From contig CAWJQQ010000001.1 of NCBI GenBank assembly GCA_963845065.1, positions 736,001-800,000 of the forward strand: a stretch of 64,000 nucleotides of DNA, given 5' to 3'. A program made the translations under genes and the position numbers. Source of the DNA: Nitrospirota bacterium (lineage in GTDB: Bacteria; Nitrospirota; UBA9217). Positions within the stretch are counted from its first letter, which is position 1. Every line of letters begins with the position of its first letter. The notes under the pieces were generated by a model. The model was not told where the DNA came from. It worked only from the letters and a program-made list of their open reading frames with translations, and made no database searches. Of the stretch, positions 20,496-29,667 are shown one piece after another.

Positions 20496-21119
20496 ATGAG
20501 TAAACCAGTTGTCGGGATATTGATGGGCAGTGACACTGACCTTCCAATCATGCAGGAGGCGGCCGCGATGCTCCAGGAGTTCGGAGTCGAATATGAAATG
20601 ACTGTCGCGTCGGCTCATCGGACACCAAAAAAGGTTATCGAATACAGCGTGGGTGCTGAGAGACGAGGGATCAAGGTGATCATTGCCGGTGCGGGATGGG
20701 CTGCGCATCTTGCCGGGGTCATCGCATCCCACACGACGCTTCCGGTCATTGGCGTGCCGATCGATTCGTCTCCACTCAAGGGACTCGATGCTCTCCTGGC
20801 CACGGCCCAAATGCCAGGCGGTGTTCCGGTTGCGACGATGTCGATTGGCAAGCCAGGCGCAAAAAATGCGGGCGTGTTCGCGGCCCAGATTATCGCCACA
20901 AGCGATGTGAAGATTGCAAACCGTCTTAAGGTCTTCAGGGTCGAAATGGAACGAGATGTGGAAGAAAAGGCAAAGCGCCTCATAGCTATCACCGCAGCAC
21001 CAGCAGTCAAAGAACTGGCAGTAGCCGATGTCGGAGCGCCGGTTAAAAAGAAATCCCGCCGCAGACGCTGGAAGAAAAAACCTGGTGGCGGAGCACCGGC
21101 GCAGGGACCGGCTGCGTGA
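20496..21119 (+). CDS. purE: N5-CAIR mutase with basic C-terminal extension
   Basis: MGSDTD, SAHRTP, AAHLAG, QMPGGVPVAT. Confidence 0.93.
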   Translation: MSKPVVGILMGSDTDLPIMQEAAAMLQEFGVEYEMTVASAHRTPKKVIEYSVGAERRGIKVIIAGAGWAAHLAGVIASHTTLPVIGVPIDSSPLKGLDALLATAQMPGGVPVATMSIGKPGAKNAGVFAAQIIATSDVKIANRLKVFRVEMERDVEEKAKRLIAITAAPAVKELAVADVGAPVKKKSRRRRWKKKPGGGAPAQGPAA

Positions 21120-21970
21120 AGACTGAACTCGAGTGCCTACCCTGCTTTTTCGGTCAGGTAACGCGTACCTTGAATTATGCAGAGGTGAACAGCGACCGAG
21201 GCCGTGGTATTTTACGGAAGGCGGCCGCAATCATTGAACAGGCGTCGATGGAAGAGATTCCAGCTCGAACAACGACAATAATTCACCGTATGCTTCGTGT
21301 AGAGACGAGAACCGACCCCTATCGGTCCCTGAAGGACGACTATAACCGCATCGCTTTCGACAGGATGACGTCGCTCAAAGCAATAGCATCGAGATTCGAT
21401 GACCGTCTTGAAGGTGCTGTCCGCGTTGCTATTGCCGGGAACGTAATCAACTTCGGGATCTACGAAAGTATCGATCTTGACCGTGCCATCGAGGAATCGT
21501 TTAGGTTGCCGCTATCAGGCGATAATTACCGCGCCTTTTCCCAGGAAGTTAGAATAGCACGCCGCATCCTCTACCTCTGTGACAACGCCGGAGAGATCGT
21601 GTTCGACCGGTTACTTCTCGAAACCCTGCGTGTCATGGGCAAGGACGTGACCGCAGTGGTGAAGGGTTCTCCGGTGATTAACGATGCCACACTCGACGAT
21701 GCGCTCGCCGCCGGCTTGCATGAGTATGCGACCGTGATCGATAATGGGAACGACGGCATCGGCACCCTGCTGGAATCGTGCTCAGCGCATTTTCTAGAGG
21801 CTTACCAATCTGCAGAGCTTATCATCAGTAAAGGGCAGGCCAACTACGAAACGCTCATAGGTCAAAAGGACACCCGCATTTTCTTTCTGTTCAAAGTGAA
21901 ATGCCCGGTCGTTGCAGGCTTCCTTGGACAAAAGAATGGAGACATCGTCCTGGCCAGAGGACAAAAATAA
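21116..21970 (+). CDS. DUF89/ARMT1-like damage-control phosphatase
   Basis: CLPC, DNAGEIVFD, INDAT, SKGQANYE. Confidence 0.88.
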   Translation: MKTELECLPCFFGQVTRTLNYAEVNSDRGRGILRKAAAIIEQASMEEIPARTTTIIHRMLRVETRTDPYRSLKDDYNRIAFDRMTSLKAIASRFDDRLEGAVRVAIAGNVINFGIYESIDLDRAIEESFRLPLSGDNYRAFSQEVRIARRILYLCDNAGEIVFDRLLLETLRVMGKDVTAVVKGSPVINDATLDDALAAGLHEYATVIDNGNDGIGTLLESCSAHFLEAYQSAELIISKGQANYETLIGQKDTRIFFLFKVKCPVVAGFLGQKNGDIVLARGQK

Positions 21971-22172
21971 AACGGACTCCGGAAATAGTTAAAAAATATG
22001 AAGAACCATAGGCCCTGCTTTGTGGACGAACGGATTGGCAAGGTAATGATCGTGAACGTTTCAATCCAATATTTGGCCACTGACTTCCGGAGAAACATCC
22101 TGGGCTAGTCGGTCCCTTGAATGGTATTTCAAGGGAAATCTGCTGTGGCTGTGATCCTGTTGTTGAGAAGCA

Positions 22173-22856
22173 ATGGCACTGCATCGATCAAATCAAGCTG
22201 TAACGAGTGGTTCTCTATTGGAAAAAGTAGTAACAATCGATCCTGCGTTTCCTGAACAGTCCTTTTCCCGATGCAGAGAAGTGATCTCAGCGGGCGGTGT
22301 CATCGTCTATCCGACGGATACGTATTATGGGCTAGGCGCTGATCCGAGGAATTGCGCCGCAGTGAAGAGGTTATTTGATATCAAGGACAGACAACGGGAC
22401 CAGCCGATCATTTTGCTCATGGCGGACGCAAGTGAAATATGCGATTGGGCCGCAGAGATTACACCGCAGGCAGAAATTCTTATTAAGAGATACTGGCCAG
22501 GACCGCTAACTCTCGTGTTTAAAGCTAGGGTTAACGTACTGACGCACGTTACCGCGAACACAGGAACCATTGGTCTTAGGGTGCCAGGCAACGCACTGAC
22601 ACGCAGCCTGCTACGATATCTCGGTCATGCACTAACCGGGACGAGTGCAAATATCTCGAGAAAGCGGAGCCCCAAAACAGCCCAGGAAGCTGCTACGATA
22701 GCCGGCCTTGTTGACCTGATCCTGGACGGAGGCAAAACCGCAGGCGAAAAACCGTCGACCATCATTGATGTAAGGACTGAATTGCCGCACGTGATCCGTG
22801 AAGGGGCCATCCCTTCGCGGAGCATCACAGACTTGCATAAAATCTTTCCCTCGTGA
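22173..22856 (+). CDS. tsaC: L-threonylcarbamoyladenylate synthase (YrdC/Sua5)
   Basis: YPTDTYYGL, WPGPLT, TSANIS, PSTIID; start uncertain. Confidence 0.9.
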   Translation: MALHRSNQAVTSGSLLEKVVTIDPAFPEQSFSRCREVISAGGVIVYPTDTYYGLGADPRNCAAVKRLFDIKDRQRDQPIILLMADASEICDWAAEITPQAEILIKRYWPGPLTLVFKARVNVLTHVTANTGTIGLRVPGNALTRSLLRYLGHALTGTSANISRKRSPKTAQEAATIAGLVDLILDGGKTAGEKPSTIIDVRTELPHVIREGAIPSRSITDLHKIFPS

Positions 22857-22868
22857 AAAGGATATTTA

Positions 22869-24188
22869 ATGAAAAAAATATTTGTACTTGATACTAATGT
22901 TCTGCTTCATGACCCTCATGCGATATTCTCCTTCGAGGACAATGAAGTAATCATTCCGATTGTCGTGATCGAGGAGCTGGACAAGTTCAAGAAGGGCATT
23001 GACGAAATGGGCAGAAACGCACGTCAAGTCTCGCGAATCCTCGATGAACTGCGGCAAAAAGGAAAGCTTTCCCAGGGAGTCGAACTCGACGGCGGCGGGA
23101 GCTTGTGCGTCGAGCTCAACCACCAATCGCAGGAGCATCTGCCGAGTGAGCTCGTAGCAACCAAGGCGGACAATCGCATTCTTGCCACAGCGCTCAATCT
23201 GAAGCACGAAAACCTGCCGGTGATCCTCGTGACTAAGGACACGAACCTCCGTATCAAGGCCGATGCTTTTGGTCTAAAAGCGGAAGATTTCGAGTCGGAC
23301 ACCATTACGCTTGACGAGCTTTATTCGGGAGAGATAGAGTTGGCGGTTGCGCCGGGAGCAATCGATGAATTTTACGCGAAGGGAGAGTTCACGCCTCCTC
23401 CCGGTCCTATGTTTTTCCCGAACGAGTTTGTATTGCTTAAGAACAACGCCAACCCGTCACAAACGGCATTAGCGAGATATCAACATCAAAAAAACATTCT
23501 CGTCCCTATCGTGAACGTTAAGCACGGTGTGTGGGGCATTAATGCAAGGAACAAGCAGCAGCAGTTTGCCATCGACCTGCTCCTGAACGACGATATCCGA
23601 TTGGTAACGCTCGTGGGGAGGGCTGGAACGGGTAAGACACTTCTGGCTCTAGCCGCTGGCCTTGAGAAGACCATTGAAAGCAGGGCGTTCCAGAGGCTTG
23701 TGGTTTCGCGCCCCGTGTTCCCGCTCGGCAAGGACATCGGATTCCTGCCCGGAGACATCGAGGAGAAGCTCCGGCCCTGGATGCAGCCGATCCGTGACAA
23801 CCTAGATTTTCTTATGGGTGCATCGACCATGGCCGGGCGCGCAAAAGGCAAGAAAGACCTCCAGGGCCTCTTCGATCTAGGTATGATCGAGGTGGAACCG
23901 CTCACCTATATCCGCGGACGCAGCATGCCTAACCAGTATCTGATCGTAGACGAGGCCCAGAACCTGACACCGCACGAGATTAAGACGATCATCACCCGCG
24001 CTGGCGAGGGGACAAAGGTCGTCCTTACCGGCGATCCATATCAGATCGATAATCCGTATATCGATTCGTCGAGCAATGGACTAACCTTTGTCGTTGAACG
24101 GTTCAAGGAAGAGCCCATCGCTGGTCACATTACGCTTGTAAAGGGTGAACGCTCTGATCTTGCAGAGCTAGCAGCGACGCTGTTGTAA
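22869..24188 (+). CDS. PIN-PhoH family ATPase/RNase (YlaK/PhoH2-like)
   Basis: VLDTNVL PIN domain; GRAGTGKT; RGRS; DEAQN. Confidence 0.92.
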   Translation: MKKIFVLDTNVLLHDPHAIFSFEDNEVIIPIVVIEELDKFKKGIDEMGRNARQVSRILDELRQKGKLSQGVELDGGGSLCVELNHQSQEHLPSELVATKADNRILATALNLKHENLPVILVTKDTNLRIKADAFGLKAEDFESDTITLDELYSGEIELAVAPGAIDEFYAKGEFTPPPGPMFFPNEFVLLKNNANPSQTALARYQHQKNILVPIVNVKHGVWGINARNKQQQFAIDLLLNDDIRLVTLVGRAGTGKTLLALAAGLEKTIESRAFQRLVVSRPVFPLGKDIGFLPGDIEEKLRPWMQPIRDNLDFLMGASTMAGRAKGKKDLQGLFDLGMIEVEPLTYIRGRSMPNQYLIVDEAQNLTPHEIKTIITRAGEGTKVVLTGDPYQIDNPYIDSSSNGLTFVVERFKEEPIAGHITLVKGERSDLAELAATLL

Positions 24189-24420
24189 AACATTGTTCGA
24201 AATACGAGGTCCAGAGTATATCTTGAATTATCGATGCTCAACTGGCTCGCCGTGAAGCAGAATTGTTGCCACCTGCATCCCATCCCTGGCAGAGAAAGAC
24301 AAGCGGCAATTCATACCCCTCTTGAGGGTGATTCGGTGGGGTGATTGATTTTCAGGTGATAAACGACAGGCAAACAGCATTCTGCATGATGAACTGAAAT
24401 ACACAAAAGGGCAAAAGGAT

Positions 24421-25323
24421 ATGCAAAGGCATAAAAAAACCTTCGATATAATTTTTTTAATTGTGAGTGTGATTGCTTCACTCTTTGTTCTGACCGAACT
24501 CGTTCTGAAATACTTCGGGAAGAATATTTGCTATACCGAAGGATGCAATATGACAGCGCAGTCGGCGAGATTCGGCGATGCATCCATCTTTCTCATAGGG
24601 TTCGCAACTTTTTCGTCGATCGCGGCCTTAATGCTGCTGAACCGGCGATTCCAGAAGCCGGAAATCGAACGCCTGATCAATCTCATCCTTGTCGTCGCAC
24701 TGGCAGGTGAAGGGTTCTTCATGGGGTATCTGGCGTTCAGGATACACACGCTCTGCCTCTTCTGCGTCACGATCTTCTGTATTATGGCCGCACTCGGCAT
24801 CACTAGGCTTCTCTCCGGTGAAAAAGATATTATCGCCGGATTTGTGGCCTTTTTGGCGATCTTCATAATCCAGTATTTGGTCCTGCCTGCAGGCGTGCCC
24901 GTAAACCTGCCGATGAATGAACGGCTGATCCTGTTTTACAGCAATGATTGCAAACACTGCGCTGAGGTCATACAGGAATTGGACGAAAAAAAAATCAGCG
25001 TAGCACATTTACCCGTGAATTCATATGTCGGATTTCTTAAAAACATGGGCATAGAAACCGTTCCCACCCTCATGATAAACGATCAGTACCAGAAAATACT
25101 TTTGACCGGGACGGACACCATAAACCGCTACCTTCTCGCGTGTACGAAGTCCAAGTCAGTGGAGGTCAAGGCCGTAAAAAAAACGACGCCAAAGAAGGGT
25201 GAGCTGACTGCTCCGAACTCGGGCGCAACGATCGATATTTTCAATCAACCAGACCTTCTGACTGCTCCGGTGACTTCGACTGCTGAAGAAGGAATGTGCA
25301 AGCAAGACGAAATCTGCAAGTGA
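24421..25323 (+). CDS. VKOR-family membrane protein fused to a thioredoxin-like domain
   Basis: TM helices with CYTEGC loop and CLFC; soluble CKHC..VPTL domain. Confidence 0.75.
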   Translation: MQRHKKTFDIIFLIVSVIASLFVLTELVLKYFGKNICYTEGCNMTAQSARFGDASIFLIGFATFSSIAALMLLNRRFQKPEIERLINLILVVALAGEGFFMGYLAFRIHTLCLFCVTIFCIMAALGITRLLSGEKDIIAGFVAFLAIFIIQYLVLPAGVPVNLPMNERLILFYSNDCKHCAEVIQELDEKKISVAHLPVNSYVGFLKNMGIETVPTLMINDQYQKILLTGTDTINRYLLACTKSKSVEVKAVKKTTPKKGELTAPNSGATIDIFNQPDLLTAPVTSTAEEGMCKQDEICK

Positions 25324-25473
25324 CCAAGTGACGAACAGAAAATTAAAAAGCCCCGTGAGCGCAGAATCACACGACTGCTTCTCCATCAATGCAGGCAGCT
25401 GTTTTGGTTCCAAACTCCTTGACACTCCGAAGTTGATGTGATAATTTAGCGGGACTGTTTTTACCAGGAGGTT

Positions 25474-26985
25474 GTGTTGGAAAAACAAAAAGGGATTGTA
25501 GAAATCACCGCCGAAAAGGTTTGGAAATTCTTTTCATCCGTAAAACTTGCCGTGGTGTTGCTGATCATCCTTGCGATCGTGTCGGTAATCGGGACCGTTA
25601 TCCAGCAGAACGAGGCTCCGGAACGCTATCTCCTGGAATACAGCCAGAGCACGATCCGGCTCTTCGATATGCTGGGGTTCTTCGATATGTACCATACATG
25701 GTGGTTCGTTCTGCTCCTCTTCTTATTTACGGCAAATCTGACAGTCTGTACGCTCGAGCGGTTCCCTCACACATGGAAGATTGCAACAGCACCGCTTAAA
25801 CCGATCAATGAAGACAGCCTGAAGGCCGTATCTTTCAGGAAAGAGATTCAAATGAAGGCCGAAATAGGTAAAGCCGAGGAGAAGGCAGCTGCCGTGCTGA
25901 AAGCGCGGGGATTCCGTTTTCTAGAGTCCAAGGAGCCGGACAGTACGCAGTATATCTCGCAGAAAGGCGTCTTCAGCCGTTTCGGTGTGTATATCACACA
26001 CGTGAGCATCCTTCTCATCTTTACGGGAGCTCTTATCGGATCGTTCTTCGGGTTTAAGGCGTTCTTGAACCTTCCGGAAGGATCTGTGACCCAGGTTGTT
26101 TACCTTAGAAACGAGCCCATGTGGGATCAGCTCATTGCAGCGCTAGGCATTGCCGAAAGCCCGGTAATACATGATCCCCAAGTGGGTGTTCCCGCTATGC
26201 CGCTCGGTTATTATGTCCGGTGCGATAATTTCGATGTCGATTACTATATTGGACAGTCGGGGATGCCGACCGGCATGCCATCAGAATATCACAGTACGCT
26301 TAGTATTTTCAACCTCAACGGCCAAAAGATCTTGGATAAGCGGATCAGAGTGAACGACCCGCTTACCTTTCATGGAATAACCTTCTATCAGTCGAGCTAC
26401 GGAGTGGTTCCGGACGCCCATGGGAAGGTCGTTTTGAACATCCGCAAGAAAAACGACAATCAGACGGGAGGGGAGACGGTTGTCGTGGACCCCGGCGCCT
26501 CACTCTTTATTCCATCGATTGACAGGACGATCAAGGTCCTGGGATTTGAGCCCTTCGGAATGAGGAATCCTTCCACCGGTCAGGTGCAGTATTACAACGC
26601 TGATAGACAGGAGTTCATCAATCCTGCCGTGGAACTCGAGGTATACAAAGGACAGAAGGCGCTTTACCGTACCACTATCCTCAAAACGGATTCTGGAGAA
26701 CCTTCTATGCCCGAGGATTATGTGATCAGTTACCGTGGCTACGTGGGAGCCCGCTACACAGGTCTCCAAGTCACGAAGGATCCGGGAGTTTGGGTAGTCT
26801 ATACGGGATTCATTATGCTCTGCATCGGACCGCCGATTGCATTCTTCGGCTCTCACCGAAAACTATGGGTAAGGATCCAGAATCGAAATGGCCAGGCGAT
26901 CATTCTTGTTGCGGGTACCGCAAACCGGAACCGGATCGGGTTTGAACGAGAATTTAATAGGATAGCAGAGAACATCTCAAGTTAA
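25474..26985 (+). CDS. resB: Cytochrome c biogenesis protein ResB/Ccs1
   Basis: FFSSVKLA, GTVIQQ, GVYITHVS, VNDPL, FYQSSY, DPGVWVVY. Confidence 0.92.
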   Translation: MLEKQKGIVEITAEKVWKFFSSVKLAVVLLIILAIVSVIGTVIQQNEAPERYLLEYSQSTIRLFDMLGFFDMYHTWWFVLLLFLFTANLTVCTLERFPHTWKIATAPLKPINEDSLKAVSFRKEIQMKAEIGKAEEKAAAVLKARGFRFLESKEPDSTQYISQKGVFSRFGVYITHVSILLIFTGALIGSFFGFKAFLNLPEGSVTQVVYLRNEPMWDQLIAALGIAESPVIHDPQVGVPAMPLGYYVRCDNFDVDYYIGQSGMPTGMPSEYHSTLSIFNLNGQKILDKRIRVNDPLTFHGITFYQSSYGVVPDAHGKVVLNIRKKNDNQTGGETVVVDPGASLFIPSIDRTIKVLGFEPFGMRNPSTGQVQYYNADRQEFINPAVELEVYKGQKALYRTTILKTDSGEPSMPEDYVISYRGYVGARYTGLQVTKDPGVWVVYTGFIMLCIGPPIAFFGSHRKLWVRIQNRNGQAIILVAGTANRNRIGFEREFNRIAENISS

Positions 26986-27195
26986 CGAGATCCAACTATC
27001 GGGGGGGAAAGATATTAGCCGCAAAGTCGCCGAGAAAAAAGGAACATGGGTCTTGAGAACGTGCGCAGTGCAGCAATCTTTGAATTCGAGGTGTTTTCAT
27101 CCCTTATTTTATAAGGGTACTCTTTCCATGTTTTCGTGTACCAGCTATGAATCGAGATTTTTCCAAATGTATTAGTTGTTATTCAGGAGGATTCA

Positions 27196-28440
27196 ATGAA
27201 TAGTTCCTTGCTTTTTAGTATAGCAACATTGTTATATCTCATTGCGATGGTGCTGTACATCGGCTATCTTGCCTTCCGAAAAAACGGCATCGGCCAGTCC
27301 GCAACGGTCGTGACTGTGCTCGGGTTTCTGTTGCAGACCGCAGCCTTACTTCTCCGGTGGCGCGAGTCCTACCAGATGGACATCGGGAGAATACCGCTGT
27401 CCAATCTCTATGAATCGCTTGTATTCTTCACTTGGAGCACCGTGCTGATCTACCTTGTTGTGGAATTCAAATATAAGACAAAGGCTTTCGGCGCTTTCGT
27501 GATGCCCGTCGCGTTCCTTTCGCTTGCGTTCATCAATGTGGCCGGCATCAGCTCCGATATTACGCCCTTGGTACCGGCGCTCAAGAGCAACTGGCTGTTC
27601 TACCACGTGCTCGTGAGTTTCCTCGGCTATGCGGCCTTTGGCGTTGCATTTGCCATCAGTATGGTGTACCTCCTCATGGACATCGAGGAGAAAGGCTCTC
27701 GGTCGAACCTGTACTCTGCACTTGCGGCAACCGTGGTACTGGCCACGATAGGGTACCTTATGGCAAGCCAGGGAGATCGAATGAAGACTGCCTTCTGGTT
27801 GGGACTGGGCGTCTTGATCCTTGCCTGGTTCATCTTCCTCATTGTGGCGGGTGCCCGGAACAAGTCGCAGGTCTTCCTGTTCTGGTCGTTCTGTGTGACT
27901 CTGGCGATCGTCTTGCTGGTGGCCATGGGTATTGATTTTGTCTATTTGATTTCCTTCCAAAATCTGGCAACCGGCGAATCATTTAAAAAGCACATGTTCG
28001 AAGCTACCTTTCTAAATTCGAATTCAGCTGTTATGATCATAAGCTGGCTAGCGGTCCTGGCACTTTTTTATTTTATTTGGTCCAAGGGGATGGGACTCAA
28101 AGGCCTGCTGAAGCCCTACATCCCTGCGCAGAACCAGCTTGATGATGTTACCTACCGCATGATAGCGATCGGATGGCCACTCCTGACCGCTGGAATTATT
28201 ACTGGAGCGGTCTGGGCCAACAGCGCCTGGGGCACCTACTGGAGTTGGGATCCCAAGGAGACCTGGTCGCTCATTACATGGTTCGTTTACGCCATCTATC
28301 TTCACTCCAGGTATGTCCGGGGATGGAAAGGCACACAGATGGCCGTTATTTCTTCCGTCGGGTTTCTGGCGGTCATTTTCACTTACCTAGGGGTCAACCT
28401 GGTTCTTTCTGGTCTGCACTCCTACGGAGGAATGAATTAA
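27196..28440 (+). CDS. ccsA: Cytochrome c biogenesis protein CcsA/ResC (system II)
   Basis: PLSNLYES, WLFYHV, WGTYWSWDPKETW, GLHSYG. Confidence 0.93.
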   Translation: MNSSLLFSIATLLYLIAMVLYIGYLAFRKNGIGQSATVVTVLGFLLQTAALLLRWRESYQMDIGRIPLSNLYESLVFFTWSTVLIYLVVEFKYKTKAFGAFVMPVAFLSLAFINVAGISSDITPLVPALKSNWLFYHVLVSFLGYAAFGVAFAISMVYLLMDIEEKGSRSNLYSALAATVVLATIGYLMASQGDRMKTAFWLGLGVLILAWFIFLIVAGARNKSQVFLFWSFCVTLAIVLLVAMGIDFVYLISFQNLATGESFKKHMFEATFLNSNSAVMIISWLAVLALFYFIWSKGMGLKGLLKPYIPAQNQLDDVTYRMIAIGWPLLTAGIITGAVWANSAWGTYWSWDPKETWSLITWFVYAIYLHSRYVRGWKGTQMAVISSVGFLAVIFTYLGVNLVLSGLHSYGGMN

Positions 28441-28485
28441 CGGAGCAAAATAAATTATTTCCGATAATTGTTTCTTTGTGATCAC

Positions 28486-28521
28486 ACGCCGGCTAACTGA
28501 TATGAGCCGGCGTCGTTTTTT
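28486..28521 (+). terminator. Intrinsic terminator after ccsA
   Basis: ACGCCGGCT..AGCCGGCGT plus T tract. Confidence 0.7.
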
Positions 28522-28661
28522 GAAGTGATCATATCCATTCCCGTTTTTCATTCCGCTCTGTAATATTCGGCCTTCTCTACAGATGTATTGCTCCAGTGCT
28601 AAATTTATAAAAAGAGCGTTGAAGATTAATTTAATTTTAAACTATTACTAGAAGTTCTGTC

Positions 28662-29051
28662 ATGAGAGAATTCCCCTGCAGGAGTTTGGGATATAACTGT
28701 GGATGGAAGCACGTTGCTCGGACTGGAGAACTCTTGATGGATGTAGTAGCAATACATCTGCGGGATATACATGAAATGCCTGATTTGACCCAGGAGATGG
28801 TAAGCAAAATCAAGAATGTCTTCACCAATGGTAAGAACGTCGTATTCCCATCTGAAGCTGAGGAGCCTATTCTCAAAGAGTTTAAGTGAAGTGACCTAGG
28901 CATGAATTGTGGGTTCAGATACATTGCCCAAACTGAGGAGCTGATCAATGACGGCGTATCTTTTCATGCGCGCGAGGTACATGGTATCACAGAATTTACA
29001 TCTGAACTGAAAGTGAAAGTTGCGATTTCTCTCCATACGTGGAAAGGTTAG
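28662..29051 (+). CDS. Tandem DUF1059-like small metal-binding protein interrupted by in-frame TGA (selenoprotein or pseudogene)
   Basis: Repeat 1 EFPCRSLGYNCGW..HLRDIH; repeat 2 EFK(TGA)SDLGMNCGF..HAREVH, frame open to TAG 29049-29051. Confidence 0.7.
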
Positions 29052-29667
29052 AGCAAGAACGATCAAACGAGAACTGCAGGGACTTCTTCTTCTGGTGTTG
29101 ACAAACGGCATCCACTAAGGAGCTATGAATTTGCGCGCTTAAACCGTAAAAGCACAGATTTTGAATGCGATAATCGGTGAGGTGTTTTGCTTCAAGACAG
29201 GTTTATTTTATCCGTCTGTTTTTTTAGGTGGGTCATTCTGCAAGAGTTCTTACATATTCTACATTCTGCATATGGTAGAAAATGGAGGAATAGTTCTGGC
29301 AGATGGATAGTTTTTCGCCTTATGTGAAGAGTACACACGAAACCCTGTTCGTAAGCCAGCCGGAGACGTCATTCTTCGTTGTTACTATGATCAGGAGAAA
29401 AGAGATTCCACTATCCTTCCCGATTTCCTCAGGTTCTTCTGCGCATAACTAAATGGCTTGACTACCGTAAACCTTGTTTTCGATAGGGCGTCAAATCGAT
29501 GGCTTCGATCTGAGAGTGTCTGTGGGATTATAGTCGAGGGGGATATTTTAAAGATGTCGTCGTTCTTCGTTGAGGTACGAAGAACCACGGGGAACAGGAT
29601 TAGTAGGACTACCGGGAATTCAATGCATTTTTTTTCATAACAATCTCTCATCAACTAGCTAGGGTTT

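Noticed and set aside
20496..21119. PurE-like gene as larB partner of larE
   Set aside because: It has canonical PurE motifs (SAHRTP, QMPGGVPV), lacks the LarB N-terminal domain and sits near purD
29100..29660. Possible gene between DUF1059 and the ABC binding protein
   Set aside because: Only short frames with no recognisable motif; cannot be supported
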